A stretch of 64,000 nt of DNA from Octopus sinensis (lineage: Eukaryota), in the NCBI RefSeq assembly GCF_006345805.1, contig NC_043003.1, positions 98,394,001 through 98,458,000 of the forward strand, read 5' to 3'. The notes under the pieces are model-generated. The model was given only the letters and a program-made list of their open reading frames with translations, was not told the origin of the DNA and made no database searches. Each line of letters opens with the position of its first letter. Positions within the stretch are counted from its first letter, which is position 1. Below, piece by piece: positions 40,026 through 52,548 of this stretch. Position numbers and translations under genes: made by a program.

Positions 40026-40389
40026 ACCTAACTTCTGGACGTATTTAATTGCAATTATCCAAATAATAGCAATCAATTTACATGAGGAGAAGCATTTTTT
40101 AACAATTTTTATCCAGAAAATCACCTGTTACATTTGTTTTAAAGTGAAAGAGAGGTGAAAATGAAAGATGTATGAGGGTATATATGAAATGGACGTGTGT
40201 GTGTGCGTATGTGCGAGAGAGAGAGAGAGAGAGAGAGTACCACTTACACATACATGAGAAGACACACGTTCACTCATTCACTCTCTCTCTCTCTCTCTCA
40301 CACACACATGCATGCGTACATACAAAAAAGATGTAGATATATGTATTGATGTATGTACGTATACAAGACAACATACCCCATCACTCTTT

Positions 40390-40514
40390 AATTCTTTCTT
40401 TCTTTCCTTCTTTCTTTCTTTCTTTCTTTCTTTCCTTCGTTCTTTCTTTCTTTCCTTCTTTCCTTCTTTCCTTCTTTCTTTCTTTCTTTCTTTCTTTCTT
40501 TTTCCTTTCTTCCT

Positions 40515-40553
<39 letters not shown>

Positions 40554-40600
40554 CTCTCTCTCTCTCTCTCTCTCTCCCTGTCTCTCTCCCCCTTCTCTCT
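40390..40600. repeat. (TTTC)n/(TC)n microsatellite
   Basis: Direct reading. Confidence 0.95.
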
Positions 40601-40902
40601 CTTTCACACATACGTCCATTTCATATAGACTTACATATATTTTTCACTTTCTCCTCTCTTTCACTTTAAAACAAAAGTAAATAATTAAAACAAAAAATTT
40701 ACGGTAATTAATGAACTCCAGTCGATGAAACCACATTCAGTTTCAAATATTTCTAAATGATTAAAATATTGTTTACTTCGAACACACACAAACGCGCGCG
40801 CAAAAGTTATCAGGTGATTTAAAAGTTTCTTAGTTTGTTGTTGATATTGTTTAGCTCATGACCAACTCTGATCGAGCAAGTCGAAAGTCAAACGTATACC
40901 AA

Positions 40903-41305
40903 GGTTTGGCTGTGAAGTAAGTAGCTTGCTTTCCAACCACATGGTTCCGGGTTCAGTCCCACTGCGTGGCCCCTTGGGTAAGTGTCTTCTACTATAGCCT
41001 CGGGCCGACCAAAGAATTGTGAGTGGATTTGGTTGACGGAGACTGAAAGAAACCCGTCGTATATATGTAGATGTATATATGCGTGTGTGTGTGTGTTTGC
41101 GTGTCTGTGCCCCCCTCCCAACATCGCTTGACAACCGATGCTGGTGTGTTTACGTCCCCGTAACTTAGCGGTTCGGCAAAAGAGACTGATAGAATAAGTA
41201 CTAGGCTTACAAAGAATAAGTCCTGGGGTGGATTTGCTCGACTAAAGGCGGTGCTCCAGCATGGCCGCAGTCAAATGACTGAAACAAGTAAAACAGTAAA
41301 AGAGA
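40903..41305 (+). mobile_element. SINE family B, full length
   Basis: All modules present, (GTAAAA)n-like end. Confidence 0.85.
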
Positions 41306-41516
41306 GAGAGTATTCCCGCCTTTTCTTTCTCTCAGAAATAGAGTAACCAAGTCTATATTATCCCATGTTTTTTCTCTCCCCCCCCCCAAATCTTAAGACT
41401 GTGGTATTTGAGGAATATTTGGAGCTATTTCTTACGAGTCAAACGATTAGGGAAATGCTTCCGGTTTGGATCATTTGGCATGTCGTAAAATTTATGTCTT
41501 TGAAGTACATTAGTTT

Positions 41517-41857
41517 CAGATTTTGACGCAAGGCCAGCAATTTCAGGGGAGGGTGTAAGTCGATTACATCGACCCCCAGCTCACAACTACGAATTTTTTT
41601 ATCGACCCCGAAAACATCAATGATAAAGTCGACCACGGCGAAATTTGAACCGAGAACATTCTTTTTATCGATCCCGAAAACATCAATGATAAAGTCGACC
41701 TCGGCGGAATTTGAACCCAGAACATTTTTTTATCGATCACGAAAACATCAATGATAAAGTCGACCTCGGCGGAATTTGAACCCAGAACGTGAAGACGGAC
41801 GAAATGCCGCTAATTATTTTGCCCGGCGTGCTAACCCTTATGCCAGCTTGCCGCCTT
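41517..41857 (-). mobile_element. SINE family A with triplicated about 58-bp B-box/core segment
   Basis: TTTTATCGA..CGAAAACATCAATGATAAAGTCGACC..GGCG.AATTTGAACC.AGAAC three times. Confidence 0.8.
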
Positions 41858-42415
41858 CCTTTTCTAGTACATTACTGTAATAGTTGACAGCTTGAAACTG
41901 ACCTTATCTGAAATATTTAAAACATTCTTTTACTTTATGAATTCATTTTTGATTTACCATATTGGAGAACAAGGAATAATGTTTTTGTTAATATCCATTA
42001 AGTTTCTCATTTGACATTTTACAAAGTGGGGTTTACTTGACTAAATGAAATTGTTAGCTCGACGGAAAAGATGCTTCACGACATTTCTTCCTACTCATTT
42101 ACAAGTTCCAATTACGCCGAGGTCGACTTTGCTATTTATCCTTTCGGGGGTCGATAAAAATAAATACCAGCCGAGTCCTGGAGTCGGTGTAGTCGACAAG
42201 TACCTTTACCCAAATAGTTAAACGCCTTGAGCATCTTGGAGAAAATATTATTTCTAGAATTAACAGTTTTTTAGATTTGTGGTGGCTGTAATGTATGGAT
42301 GAACTTAAGTTCTCAAAATCTTCACTATATTAATATTATCATGCGTGTGGTCGTATGCGTAGTGTAAGATATTAAAGCTTCCGTCATTTTATGTGACAGT
42401 ACCTAGATAGTTGAA

Positions 42416-42831
42416 GGCGGCGAGCTGGCAGAAACGTTAGCACGCCGGGCGAAATGCGTAGCCGTATTACGGCTGCCGTTACGTTCTGAGTTCATATTCC
42501 GCCGAGGTCGACTTTGCCTTTCATCCTTTCGGGGTTTATTAAATAAGTACCAGTTACGCACTGGGCTCGATATAATCGACTTCATCCGTTTGTCTGTCCT
42601 TGTTTGTCCTCTCTGTGTGTAGCCCCTTGTGGGTAGTAAAGAAATAAGAAACATTAGCACGCCGGGTGAAGTGCTTAGCGATATTTCGTCTGTCTTTACG
42701 TTCTGTGTTTAAATTCCGCCGAGGTCGAATTTGCCTTTCAACTTTAAGTACCATTTCCGCACTGGCGTCGATGTGCTCGACTGGTTCCCTCCCCACAAAA
42801 TTTCGGGCCTTGTGCCTAGAGTAGAAAAGAA
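42416..42831 (+). mobile_element. SINE family A dimer under one TSD
   Basis: TSD TACCTAGATA[G/T]TTGAA at 42400-42415 and 42832-42847; unit 1 has tail 1, unit 2 has tail 2. Confidence 0.85.
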
Positions 42832-43024
42832 TACCTAGATATTTGAACTAAGTTCTTAAAGCTTTCAAATAGATATATCTGTTCTGTGTTATTTATTCAC
42901 AATGCCATAGATATAATCATCAACTTTTATGTGTTCATGATTGATCTAAGACTAAAGAACAAAAAACAACAACGCTGAAAACAATTCAGAGTGGAGAAAA
43001 TATGTAGCAATCTTTAACTGGTGT

Positions 43025-43075
<51 letters not shown>

Positions 43076-43083
43076 ATATATAT

Positions 43084-43787
43084 CCCCCAACCCTGGTTCA
43101 GAACGCCCTTGCCCGCGCTCGTCGAATCGACCGCACCACCACCCTTTCTCCTTCCTCTCACCAACCCCGTAACCACACCCCCTTTCCCCTCCTTTTCCAC
43201 CCCTCCACTCCACCCCTTCGTCGGAGGATACTACGGGCCTTCCGTCGTCTCCAGCTCGATCCCACCACCCGCCCCATTTTCCACGACCCACCCTTGTCCT
43301 CCTTCAAACGAGCCCGGAACCTACGCGAACTCCTGGTCCGTACCACCTTCTCCTCTTCCCCCTCAGCCCCACATGGATCCTTCCCGTGCTCCAGATCCCG
43401 CTGCGACACCTGCCCCTTCATCACCAACACCACTACTATCACTGGTTCCAACCACAAACTGTACTTATTAGACATTCCTTTACTTGCACTTCATCTGGTC
43501 CCATCTACTGCATTAAATGCAACCTCTGTGGGATGCTTTATGTAGGTCAGACGGGCCGCCGACTGGCCGACCGGTTCACCGAACATCTAAGGGATATTCG
43601 GCTACGTTCCAACACTCCCGTCGCCCGTCACTTCCGCTTGGCCAACCATTCCTCCTCTAACATCTTTGTGTTTGGTCTCGCTCTACACAATGGATCGCCA
43701 CAATCCAGGCTTCATTTGGAACAGCGCTATATCTTCAAATTGCGGACTAATATCCCGCAAGGACTTAACACAGGCCCCTCCTCTTAG
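43084..43787 (+). pseudogene. PLE linker plus GIY-YIG endonuclease (one frameshift)
   Basis: PCSRSRCDTCP, HSFTCTSSGPIYCIKCNLCGMLYVGQTGRRLADRFTEH, EQRYIFKLRTNIPQGLN. Confidence 0.9.
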
Positions 43788-45331
43788 TGACTGCCTCTAC
43801 ACCTCCCGCAGCAAGCAACTTTATTTCTCCTTTTTTCTCTCTTTTTCATTTTTCATTCCTTGCGTGCAATTACGTCTTTTATATTGGATCAACTTCCTTA
43901 TATTTTATTGTCTTTATAATTTTTTGTTTTTTTATTGTTTATAATTTATTGTTTTTATAAATTATTGTTTTTATATACGAACACATACACACACATACTC
44001 ACGTATCCACGAACACACATATACCTCCCACACACCACACACATACAACATACATACATGCACATATACACACACATACTTCCACACACATACACACCCG
44101 CATACATACACATATACACACACCCATGTGCACACACACATATGTGCTTACACACATATGCGCGTACACACACGTACACACACACATACACATACACAGG
44201 AATGCACAGAACCTATCCCACACAACCCCACGCACACACAGACACACATACCTTTAGACACACACACATATAAACGTACACACAATCACTTACACGCACA
44301 TACTCAAGCACACGCGCGTACACACAATAAAATGCTCACAACCTGACACACATCTCCACGTTCACACACAAGCACACAACCTGACACACATCTCCACGTT
44401 CACACACACATACACACACGCACGCACATACACACACACACCAGCACAGGTTCGCACGTATACCTCTAACAAACAATACTCATACAGACACGCACACAAT
44501 TATACACACATGGGCACAGACACACACGCACATACACGCACACTCGCACGTAAGCACACAGACGCACACGTGCACACGCACGCACATTACGCCTACACAA
44601 ACTCTCCACACACGCGTATACAAATTCACATACACACCTATACATATACATGCACACACAATATATGCATACACGCTCACACGCACATACACATACGTAT
44701 ACACATATAGACACAGACACACACAAACATGCGCACACATACGCACGCACACACGCACACAAATGCACACACCTAACACTCACAACCCCACGGACACACA
44801 TATATACACCCACATACGCATACACGCTCACACATACACACGCACACATGCACGCACACATGCACGCACACATGCACGCACACATGCACGCACATACACA
44901 CACACACAAATGAACCCACACATACCTCCCATACACACAGCACACACTCATACATACACGCACACACACATACTTCAAACTACCAGTATCTGTCACTGAC
45001 CCTTCTTCCACGCACATGGGTAGGTAGACACGAGCCACTCCTACTTCATTCTTCCTTGACCTTAAACAATACTAAGCCCGACCACACACATAGATTAACA
45101 GCCACAACCACACACACACACACACACGTGTTATCATTACACACATACACACATACACACACACGCACATATCCACATTTACACACACATACCTCCTCTT
45201 GTGCTCTCCTGTCTTTGAAAGAACTTTTTCTTCACCCATTCCCTTCCGGTCATTCAAAATGTGACCGCGTATGTACTGTTGGCGATTTTTTTCCTCCGTC
45301 TTCCCTTCTTTGTATCTTTCCTTTTCCCATG

Positions 45332-45364
45332 TTTCTGACGAAGAGCTCCGCTCGAAACGTTAAA
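45332..45364 (+). ncRNA. Minimal hammerhead ribozyme, intact core, loopless palindromic helix III
   Basis: TTT-CTGACGA-A-GAGC-TCC-GCTC-GAAAC-GTT-AAA. Confidence 0.8.
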
Positions 45365-45466
45365 GCCTCCTTCTTTTCTTCTTTCCTGAGTGTCCAATAA
45401 TACAATATTTGTTCCACGTCCTCGCGTTGTTGTGTTTTCTCTTTGTGTTTTCATGTTTGGATTAAC

Positions 45467-45509
<43 letters not shown>

Positions 45510-45855
45510 GTATGTATGTATATCTATATCTATCTATATATAGAGATTTAAAACTCATGTACATATACTTATGGTATTGCATCAATGTTAGAAATCACCA
45601 CCACTACTACTCCCGATCACTAACAACTACACAACAGTAGTAGTCCTGGTGCTGGTGATGCTGGTGGTGGTAGTAATAGCAGTAACTATATTACTTTGGT
45701 TATTATTGTTATTACCAAGGTTATTTTTTGTTTTTCTATATACAGGATGGTTGGAATGAAAACATAAACCTTCCACAGATTATTATCCATGTGCATGCGT
45801 GTGTGTGTGTGTGCGTAGATATACGTTATGTTATAGTAAATATCTATATAGGTAT

Positions 45856-45907
<52 letters not shown>

Positions 45908-46295
45908 CATACTGGTGTGTGTAAATAAGGGTTGTCCGTGTATGTATCTGTGTGGGGGTATATAGATATGTGCATAATGATTCTCACCATAACACGCATA
46001 CATACACATATATAGTATGTATGTGGATTTACATGTGTGTTATTAAACACACAGCTATGATCGAGGAATATCAATCATTAGATAATTGTGAGTTCAATAT
46101 ATTTGAAAGACATGTTGTTCCCTATTCACACACACACAGATACACACACACTCATATGCACACTCATGTTTACGAACGGTGAATCGCGAAGCAAATAATG
46201 CTCTTAGTAATACGTAAATATTGGTTTATCGGTGTATACTAATGTTAGAAATTACTAATATATGACAGAACCACTATATCTATGGGTATAGTTAA

Positions 46296-46523
46296 AGCGG
46301 CGAGCTGGCAGAAACGTTAGCACGCCGGGCGAAATGCGTAGCCGTATTTCGTCTGCTGTTACGTTCTGAGTTCAAATTCCGCCGGGGTCGACTTTGCCTT
46401 TCATCCTCTCGGGGTCGATAAATAAAGTGCCAGTTTCGCACTGGGTCGATTTAATCGACTTAATCCCTTTGTCTGTCCTTGTTTGTCCTCCCTATGTTTA
46501 GCCTCTTGTGGGTAGTAAAGAAA
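46296..46523 (+). mobile_element. SINE family A (tail 1) running into (CAA/CAG)n
   Basis: Full head, core and tail. Confidence 0.85.
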
Positions 46524-46569
46524 CATCAACATCAACAACATCAACAGCAACAACAGCAACAGTAGTAGC

Positions 46570-47280
46570 AACAGCAGCAACAACAGCCGTTCAAGAATTT
46601 AGACCTGGAGATCTCCATTTCCAGCGACTTCGAGGGCCACCTCCCAGTGGTGTCGGGCGTCAACGAAGAGCCATCGACTACGACAAGACGACAAAAGTTT
46701 TTTTTTTCCAAGGTCTGGGGTCTCCCGCCCCTAAGCCCTAGACCATCACCTAATCACCCTTACAACAGCAGCAATAGCAACGGTAAAGCTTTGACGGGAG
46801 AGACAAATAAGCACCAAGTATCTTGGCTACTTCGGTCAACAATATGAACATCCCCACAAGCAATAGCGTCGCTTTGACTCCGACAAACACAAACGACAGG
46901 AACAACACCAGCAGCAAAAACGATATAATCAACACCAACAATAACAGCAACGATAAAAAAAAAGAAGCTCCTTTTCTAGAGTAACAAAATTACTGGAGCA
47001 AATCTCCCTGGAAGGAAAACATGCGTACCTGAGTGAAGCAGAAAAACTCCTCAGTGGAGTGGATAGGAAAAACAAGCTTTCTAAGCCCTTCAGATTTGAT
47101 GGAGAAGACGGCCAGAAGGACCATAAAGACGAGGAAAATTTTCATTGCGCCGCACATCCAAGTAGAAAAATGCTAGAAGAGAATTTGGACTATATTGTTA
47201 TTCAATAAGTCCTTCACTCGAGGAAAACAATATGGTTTTGTGGAAGTCACGTTCCCCACTGAGGCACTGGGGATCTAGTT
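46570..47280 (+). mobile_element. Possible decayed LINE ORF1 (RRM-like)
   Basis: Broken frame containing RGKQYGFVEVTF (RNP1-like); Tx1-like RT relic follows in the same orientation. Confidence 0.4.
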
Positions 47281-47504
47281 TGTTCCAGTCACAAAATCAG
47301 CCCCTATTAATTTTGCTCAACTTGATTTCAAATTTGGTGTATTAATGCAGTTCAGAATGGTGATTACATTCAACTAATTACTTTATCTCGTAAATTAAAG
47401 AATCTGATGTTATTTAGAATTAAATTTTGGAAAATTTGGGTAATTATAGCCAAGCAGCCGACAGCGAGGCATTAACAGCTAGTTACCATAACAACCGTAC
47501 GTTG

Positions 47505-47680
47505 TGTTGATGATAGGGTGGCCAGTCTTACCCAGAAATGGGCTGAATGGAAGCTGTCCCTGAAAGGTCTGACAGATGTGGTGAATGCTTACATCGCCTC
47601 TGTTATCATCGCATGACCGTCGTACCTTGTCCCGATTACGGCTTGACCAGGCTGGAGTGTCTCTTATTTAAATTAGGGCC
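47505..47680 (+). mobile_element. L1/Tx1-like RT C-terminal fragment
   Basis: KWAEWKLSLKGLTDVVNAYIASVI resembles the W..RKLSLKGR post-RT motif of L1/Tx1 elements. Confidence 0.55.
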
Positions 47681-48347
47681 ACATCTCTATCATCCCCCCC
47701 CCCCATTATTTTAAACCTCTGTATGCTATGCATATGTCCCTTCTTTTTCAGTGTATACCAGATATACTTTCTTTCATTAAAATTTTTTTTTAATCATTTC
47801 ATTGTATGTAAACACCCAAGCTTTATGTCCGTCTTTTATTTCCACCCCCTCATCGTTCGCCCTTGTGGCAAATAAATGAAATTATTATTATTGTTGTTGT
47901 TGTTATTGTTGTTGTCATTAAGGTGGTGAGCGAGTCCAAATTCCACATATACATCCAAACGTAAACGTTCATGAATACATTCATGCGTTTACACATACAC
48001 AAATACCTAGAAGCATGCATATCTACATACATACATACGCATACCTACACACAAACATACATGAACCCATACATACATGCGTAAATTGCTATATACTTAT
48101 ATGCATACATACAACCATATACAGCTATATATCTATATGCATATATGTCTATACATACATTCATAAATACACATATAATACATACACAGTTATACATATA
48201 CATAGACGTGCACATGCGCATGCATACACACAGACATTTATGCAAACATTTATATAAACGTGTATACCTTGATATTTGCATATTTGCATGCACACGTACA
48301 TCCATGCATGCATCCATACATATATTAATACAGGCATGCATGCGTAT

Positions 48348-48850
48348 AGGCGTGGCTGTGTGGTAAGAAGCTTGCTTCTCAACCACATGATCCTGAGTTC
48401 AGTTCCACTGCTTGGCACCTTGAGTAAGTGTTTTCTATAGCCTCGGTCCGACGGTGAGTGGATTTGATGGACGGAAACAGAAAGAAGTTCGTCGTATATA
48501 TACATATAGGTACATATATATATATATATACATGTACACACACACACACACACACACACACCATACATATATATATATATATATAATATATATATATTGT
48601 GTGTGTGTGTGTAAAGTGTGTGTGCATCTTTGTGTCTGTGTATGTTCTCCAACCATAGCCTGACAACCGATGTTGGTGTGTTTACGTCCCTGTAACTTAG
48701 CGGCTCGGCAAAACAGACAGCTATATTAAGTTCTAAGTTTACAAAAGAATAAGTCCTGGGGTCGATGTCTTCGACTGAAAATCCTTTAATGCGGTGCCCC
48801 AGCATGGCCGCAGCCAAACGACAAACCACTAAAAGAATAAAAGAATAAAA
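48348..48850 (+). mobile_element. SINE family B with expanded internal microsatellite
   Basis: Head, CORE-like block, about 150 bp (TA/CA/TG), tail. Confidence 0.85.
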
Positions 48851-49369
48851 AAAACATACATACATACATACATACATACATTCATACAAATGCATACACA
48901 CTTTCATACACTAACACACAAATGCGCACACAGAAACATACACACAGACACACACATACAGACACACACCCATCCATATATACATATATACAAATGCGCG
49001 TACGTAGAAGTTTCCAAATGCAATGTTGATATATGATATGGGTCAGACATTGTGTTGAGTGTAAGCGACTAATAACAACTTCAGTTTACTTTCGGTCACC
49101 AGTACATTCTATGTTCTGACGGCAACGAGTGGCGGTGATGGTGGTGATGGTGCGCGTTGGTGGAGATGGTAGTGAAGATGGCGATGTCGACGACGGCAGT
49201 AGGTAATATGGGGTAGATAGTGGTGGTGACCCAACGAAGGTGATGGAAGTTATGTCAGTAGGGGTTTGGTATGGGGTGAGAGATAGTCATTGGGAAACAT
49301 CGTTTGTGTGCGTGCACGCGCGTATCTATAAGTGTGTGTGTCTGTATGTGTGCGTGTGTGTGCGTGTGT

Positions 49370-49407
<38 letters not shown>

Positions 49408-49724
49408 ACTGTACGTAGTTTTTGTATGTCAATGTACACGTGACGACAGAAACTTACGTCAGTAATGTAATGTTTACAAATATCTATAATGTCAAACAAC
49501 ATAACATCGCTTAAGTGCTCTCTCTCTCTCTCTCTCATATGTATATGTGTGTGTGTGTGTACATATTATATATATATATATATATTTATATACATAAATA
49601 TATATCTTCATATACACATACGTGTATACATATATATATGCACACACGTGTAAGTATATATATATGTATATTTATACATATATATAATTATATACATATA
49701 TATAATATATGTATATATATGGAT

Positions 49725-49773
<49 letters not shown>

Positions 49774-49825
49774 AATTTTTTGCGTAATTAGATAATATAT
49801 ATATATATATATACTATATATATAT

Positions 49826-49945
49826 CACCGAGATCACCGTGACCGACCAGGCTATCAGATGTTGCTACACATCGCTGGTCCACAATGCACATCGCATTGT
49901 TTTAGTTTCAATGACGCCACTCCGCTGGCTAAGCGAGCAGCCAAC
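49826..49945. other. 120-bp GC-rich structured insert in (TA)n
   Basis: Stems GACCAG/CTGGTC, GATGT/ACATC, ACAATGC/GCATTGT, TGGCT/AGCCA. Confidence 0.5.
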
Positions 49946-49957
49946 TATATATATATA

Positions 49958-50012
<55 letters not shown>

Positions 50013-50025
50013 ATATATATATCTT

Positions 50026-50063
<38 letters not shown>

Positions 50064-50130
50064 AAAGGAAATGAAGAAAATGCTGACAAATATTGAAGTA
50101 ATTTAAGTAATTTAATTAGGTGAAGTTTCT

Positions 50131-50167
50131 TTTTACCGGTTGCGCATTTGTTATGCTTATCAAAATA
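50131..50167 (-). ncRNA. Hammerhead ribozyme, U3-A8 core variant
   Basis: TATT-TTGATAA-GCAT-AACAA-ATGC-GCAAC-CG-GTA-AAAA; A13C lesion; ACCGGT palindrome in helix III. Confidence 0.7.
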
Positions 50168-50189
50168 TAAAAGAGAGATTAGAGTCTGT

Positions 50190-50410
50190 CTCTTATATGT
50201 GAAAAAAAGAGGCTCCAGAGTTGTTTTGGATTTGCTTGGTTTCGCGCCTAAAATTTTGATTGGTCATTATGAAGGGGTCACGTGAATGTTTGAATGGAAG
50301 TTGGTGTTGGGGTAAGAAAAAAGGCTCCAGAGAAGTTAAAATTTGGCTAGTGTTCCGCCTAAAATTTCTTATTGGCCATAATAAAGAGGTCACGTGAATG
50401 TTTAGAATTT
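50190..50410 (-). promoter_or_regulatory. Duplicated E-box/CCAAT/E2F-like module plus TATA in the pLTR
   Basis: Two about 112-bp repeats each with CACGTGACC and CCAAT; TTTCGCGC at about 50240; TATAAG at 50197-50192. Confidence 0.5.
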
Positions 50411-51876
50411 TCGAAAATAAGTGTTGTTGAAAATTCTTATTGTTCAGGCTGGTCAGTAGACGTCATGTGGATATTTTAAATAGCTTTTTAGCGCGTAGTT
50501 AGGGAGTGTATTTTCCGCTTGACTGGATAAGTAAGTTCGTTTAGAACAGGGAGAGCTGTATGTATGTATGTTGTGTGCGCGCGCGCGTGTGTGTGTTTAT
50601 ATGTATGTTGGGGCGCGCGCGCGTGTATATATGTGTATGTGTGTGGGTACAATTTTCAATATTTATAGTTCTGCTGGCCTTGTGCCTGTATCGGGAAGCA
50701 ACGTATTTGTGTGAAGTCAATATTTACAGCCATTTCCAAAAATATGTGTTGGATGTTTTGCACCCGTATTCAATTATGTGTATGTGTGGAACCATATATT
50801 TGTATGTGTCATGGTGTTAATATCTGGGTAAGGTGTGTGTAGGGTGTGTGCAGGTGTAAGTGTGTTTGTTGTGGGTTCGTGTTAGGGGCATGTGTTTAGA
50901 AGTGGTCTGTATTTATTAATAAGGTGGGATTCCATGGTTATTCGCTGGGTATGAGTGGCATTGTCTTTAAATTTGTAGAGGGGAAAGATTCTAAAATTGG
51001 GATGGAGTTGTGCGGCACAGGTATCAATATGTGCACTAAATGCTATTTTTCTATATTCCTGTATTTTTATTTGGGATCTGTGGACAGTCATGCGTTGGCG
51101 GAGGCTATTTTTTGTTTGGCCTATGTAGTGTTCATTACAGCCCGAGCAAGTTAAGACATATACTAGGTTTCTGATGCGCATGTGAAGTTGTGTTTTACTG
51201 TGAAACGTTGTCCTTGTTTAAAAAGGAATTCCGGACCTTCTATTAGGTTGATGCATATACCACAGTTGGGTCTATTGCATTTGTTTACTGTGGGTTTAGT
51301 TGTTGTGGTTGGCAGTACTTTGGCATTTGTTAGGATGGTTTTTCAATGATTGGGTTGCCTTTTGCTCTTTATGATTTCGTGTGTTAGGAGGATTTGGTTC
51401 ATTCTATGGTCCTTTTGTAATACAGGAATGTTCTGGAGGATGGTGTCAAAAGCTTCATTGTTGAGGGGGTTGTGTGTAGAGATGTATGGTAGAGTATGGG
51501 GTTTCGATGTAACAGGTTTAGGGCGTCTAAGTTCCTGCGTGCTGAGTTTTAGGGCGCGTTGGATCCCATTGTCAATTAGTGACGTGGGGTAATCCCTGCT
51601 TGTTAATGTGCCCTTGAGTTCTTGTAGACGTAAGAGACGGGTGTTTTTATTGGAGACTATAGTGAAAATTCTCTTGGCTAAGTTGTAGGGAATGTTAATT
51701 TTAACGTGTCTAGGGTGGCATGAATTGAAAGGGAGGTATTGCTTGGAGTCTGTGGGCTTGTAGTATATGTCTGTTTCTATTTTTTTGTTGTGAATTTTAA
51801 TGAGGATGTCGAGGAAGGGAATTTGTTGAGGGCTGTATTCCATTGTGAAAAAAAAAAAAAAAATATATATATATAT

Positions 51877-52278
51877 AGGAGGAGTGGCTGTGTGGTAAGT
51901 AGCTTGCTTACAAACCACATGGTTCCGGGTTCAGTCCCACTGCGTGGCACCTTGGGCAAGTGTCTTCTGCTATAGCCCCGGGCCGACCAATGCCTTGTGA
52001 GTGGATTTGGTAGACGGAAACTGAAAGAAGCCCGTCGTATATATGTATATGTATGTATGTGTATGTGTTTGTGTGTCTGTGTTTGTCCCCATAGCATTGC
52101 TTGACAACCGATGCTGGTGTGTTTACGTCCCCGTCACTTAGCGGTTCGGCAAAAAGAAACCGATAGAATAAGTACTGGGCTTACAAAGAATAAGTCCTGG
52201 GGTCGATTTGCTCGACTAAAGGCGGTGCTCCAGCATGGCCGCAGTCAAATGACTGAAACATGTAAAAGAGTAAAAGAG

Positions 52279-52280
<2 letters not shown>
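51877..52280 (+). mobile_element. SINE family B, full length, young-looking
   Basis: All modules, (GTAAAAGA)n end. Confidence 0.9.
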
Positions 52281-52332
<52 letters not shown>

Positions 52333-52548
52333 TCGTGTTTGTGTTTTGAAAATATATGCATCTGTCTCTATAGGATACATAAATACGCTCATATATTTTT
52401 ATCTTTATTTATCCTACTATAACACAAACACACACACATACACACACACACACACATACACACACACATATATATATACACACACATATCAAAAGGTAAT
52501 CTTTATATATAACATATCATGGATATCATGTTCGAACACCGGTTACTC

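Larger units (their letters stand above)
43084..45466 (+). mobile_element. 5'-truncated Penelope/Poseidon-type PLE with CA-rich 3' region and terminal HHR
   Basis: GIY-YIG coding 43084-43787, CA-rich tract about 43980-45200, HHR at 45332, (TA)n both sides. Confidence 0.85.
50063..51850 (-). mobile_element. 5'-truncated Penelope/Poseidon-type PLE (RT thumb, GIY-YIG, pLTR)
   Basis: IPFLDILI, TDIYYKPTDSKQYLPFNSCHPRHVKINIPYNLAKRI, VYVLTCSGCNEHYIGQTKNSLRQRMTVH; (TA)n flanks. Confidence 0.92.

Noticed and set aside
43070-43475. Proline-rich and antisense ORFs overlapping the PLE
   Set aside because: Alternative frames of the C-rich PLE coding strand
49826-49945. Twister, pistol or HDV-like ribozyme assignment
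   Set aside because: Required conserved nucleotides and nested pseudoknot could not be completed by eye
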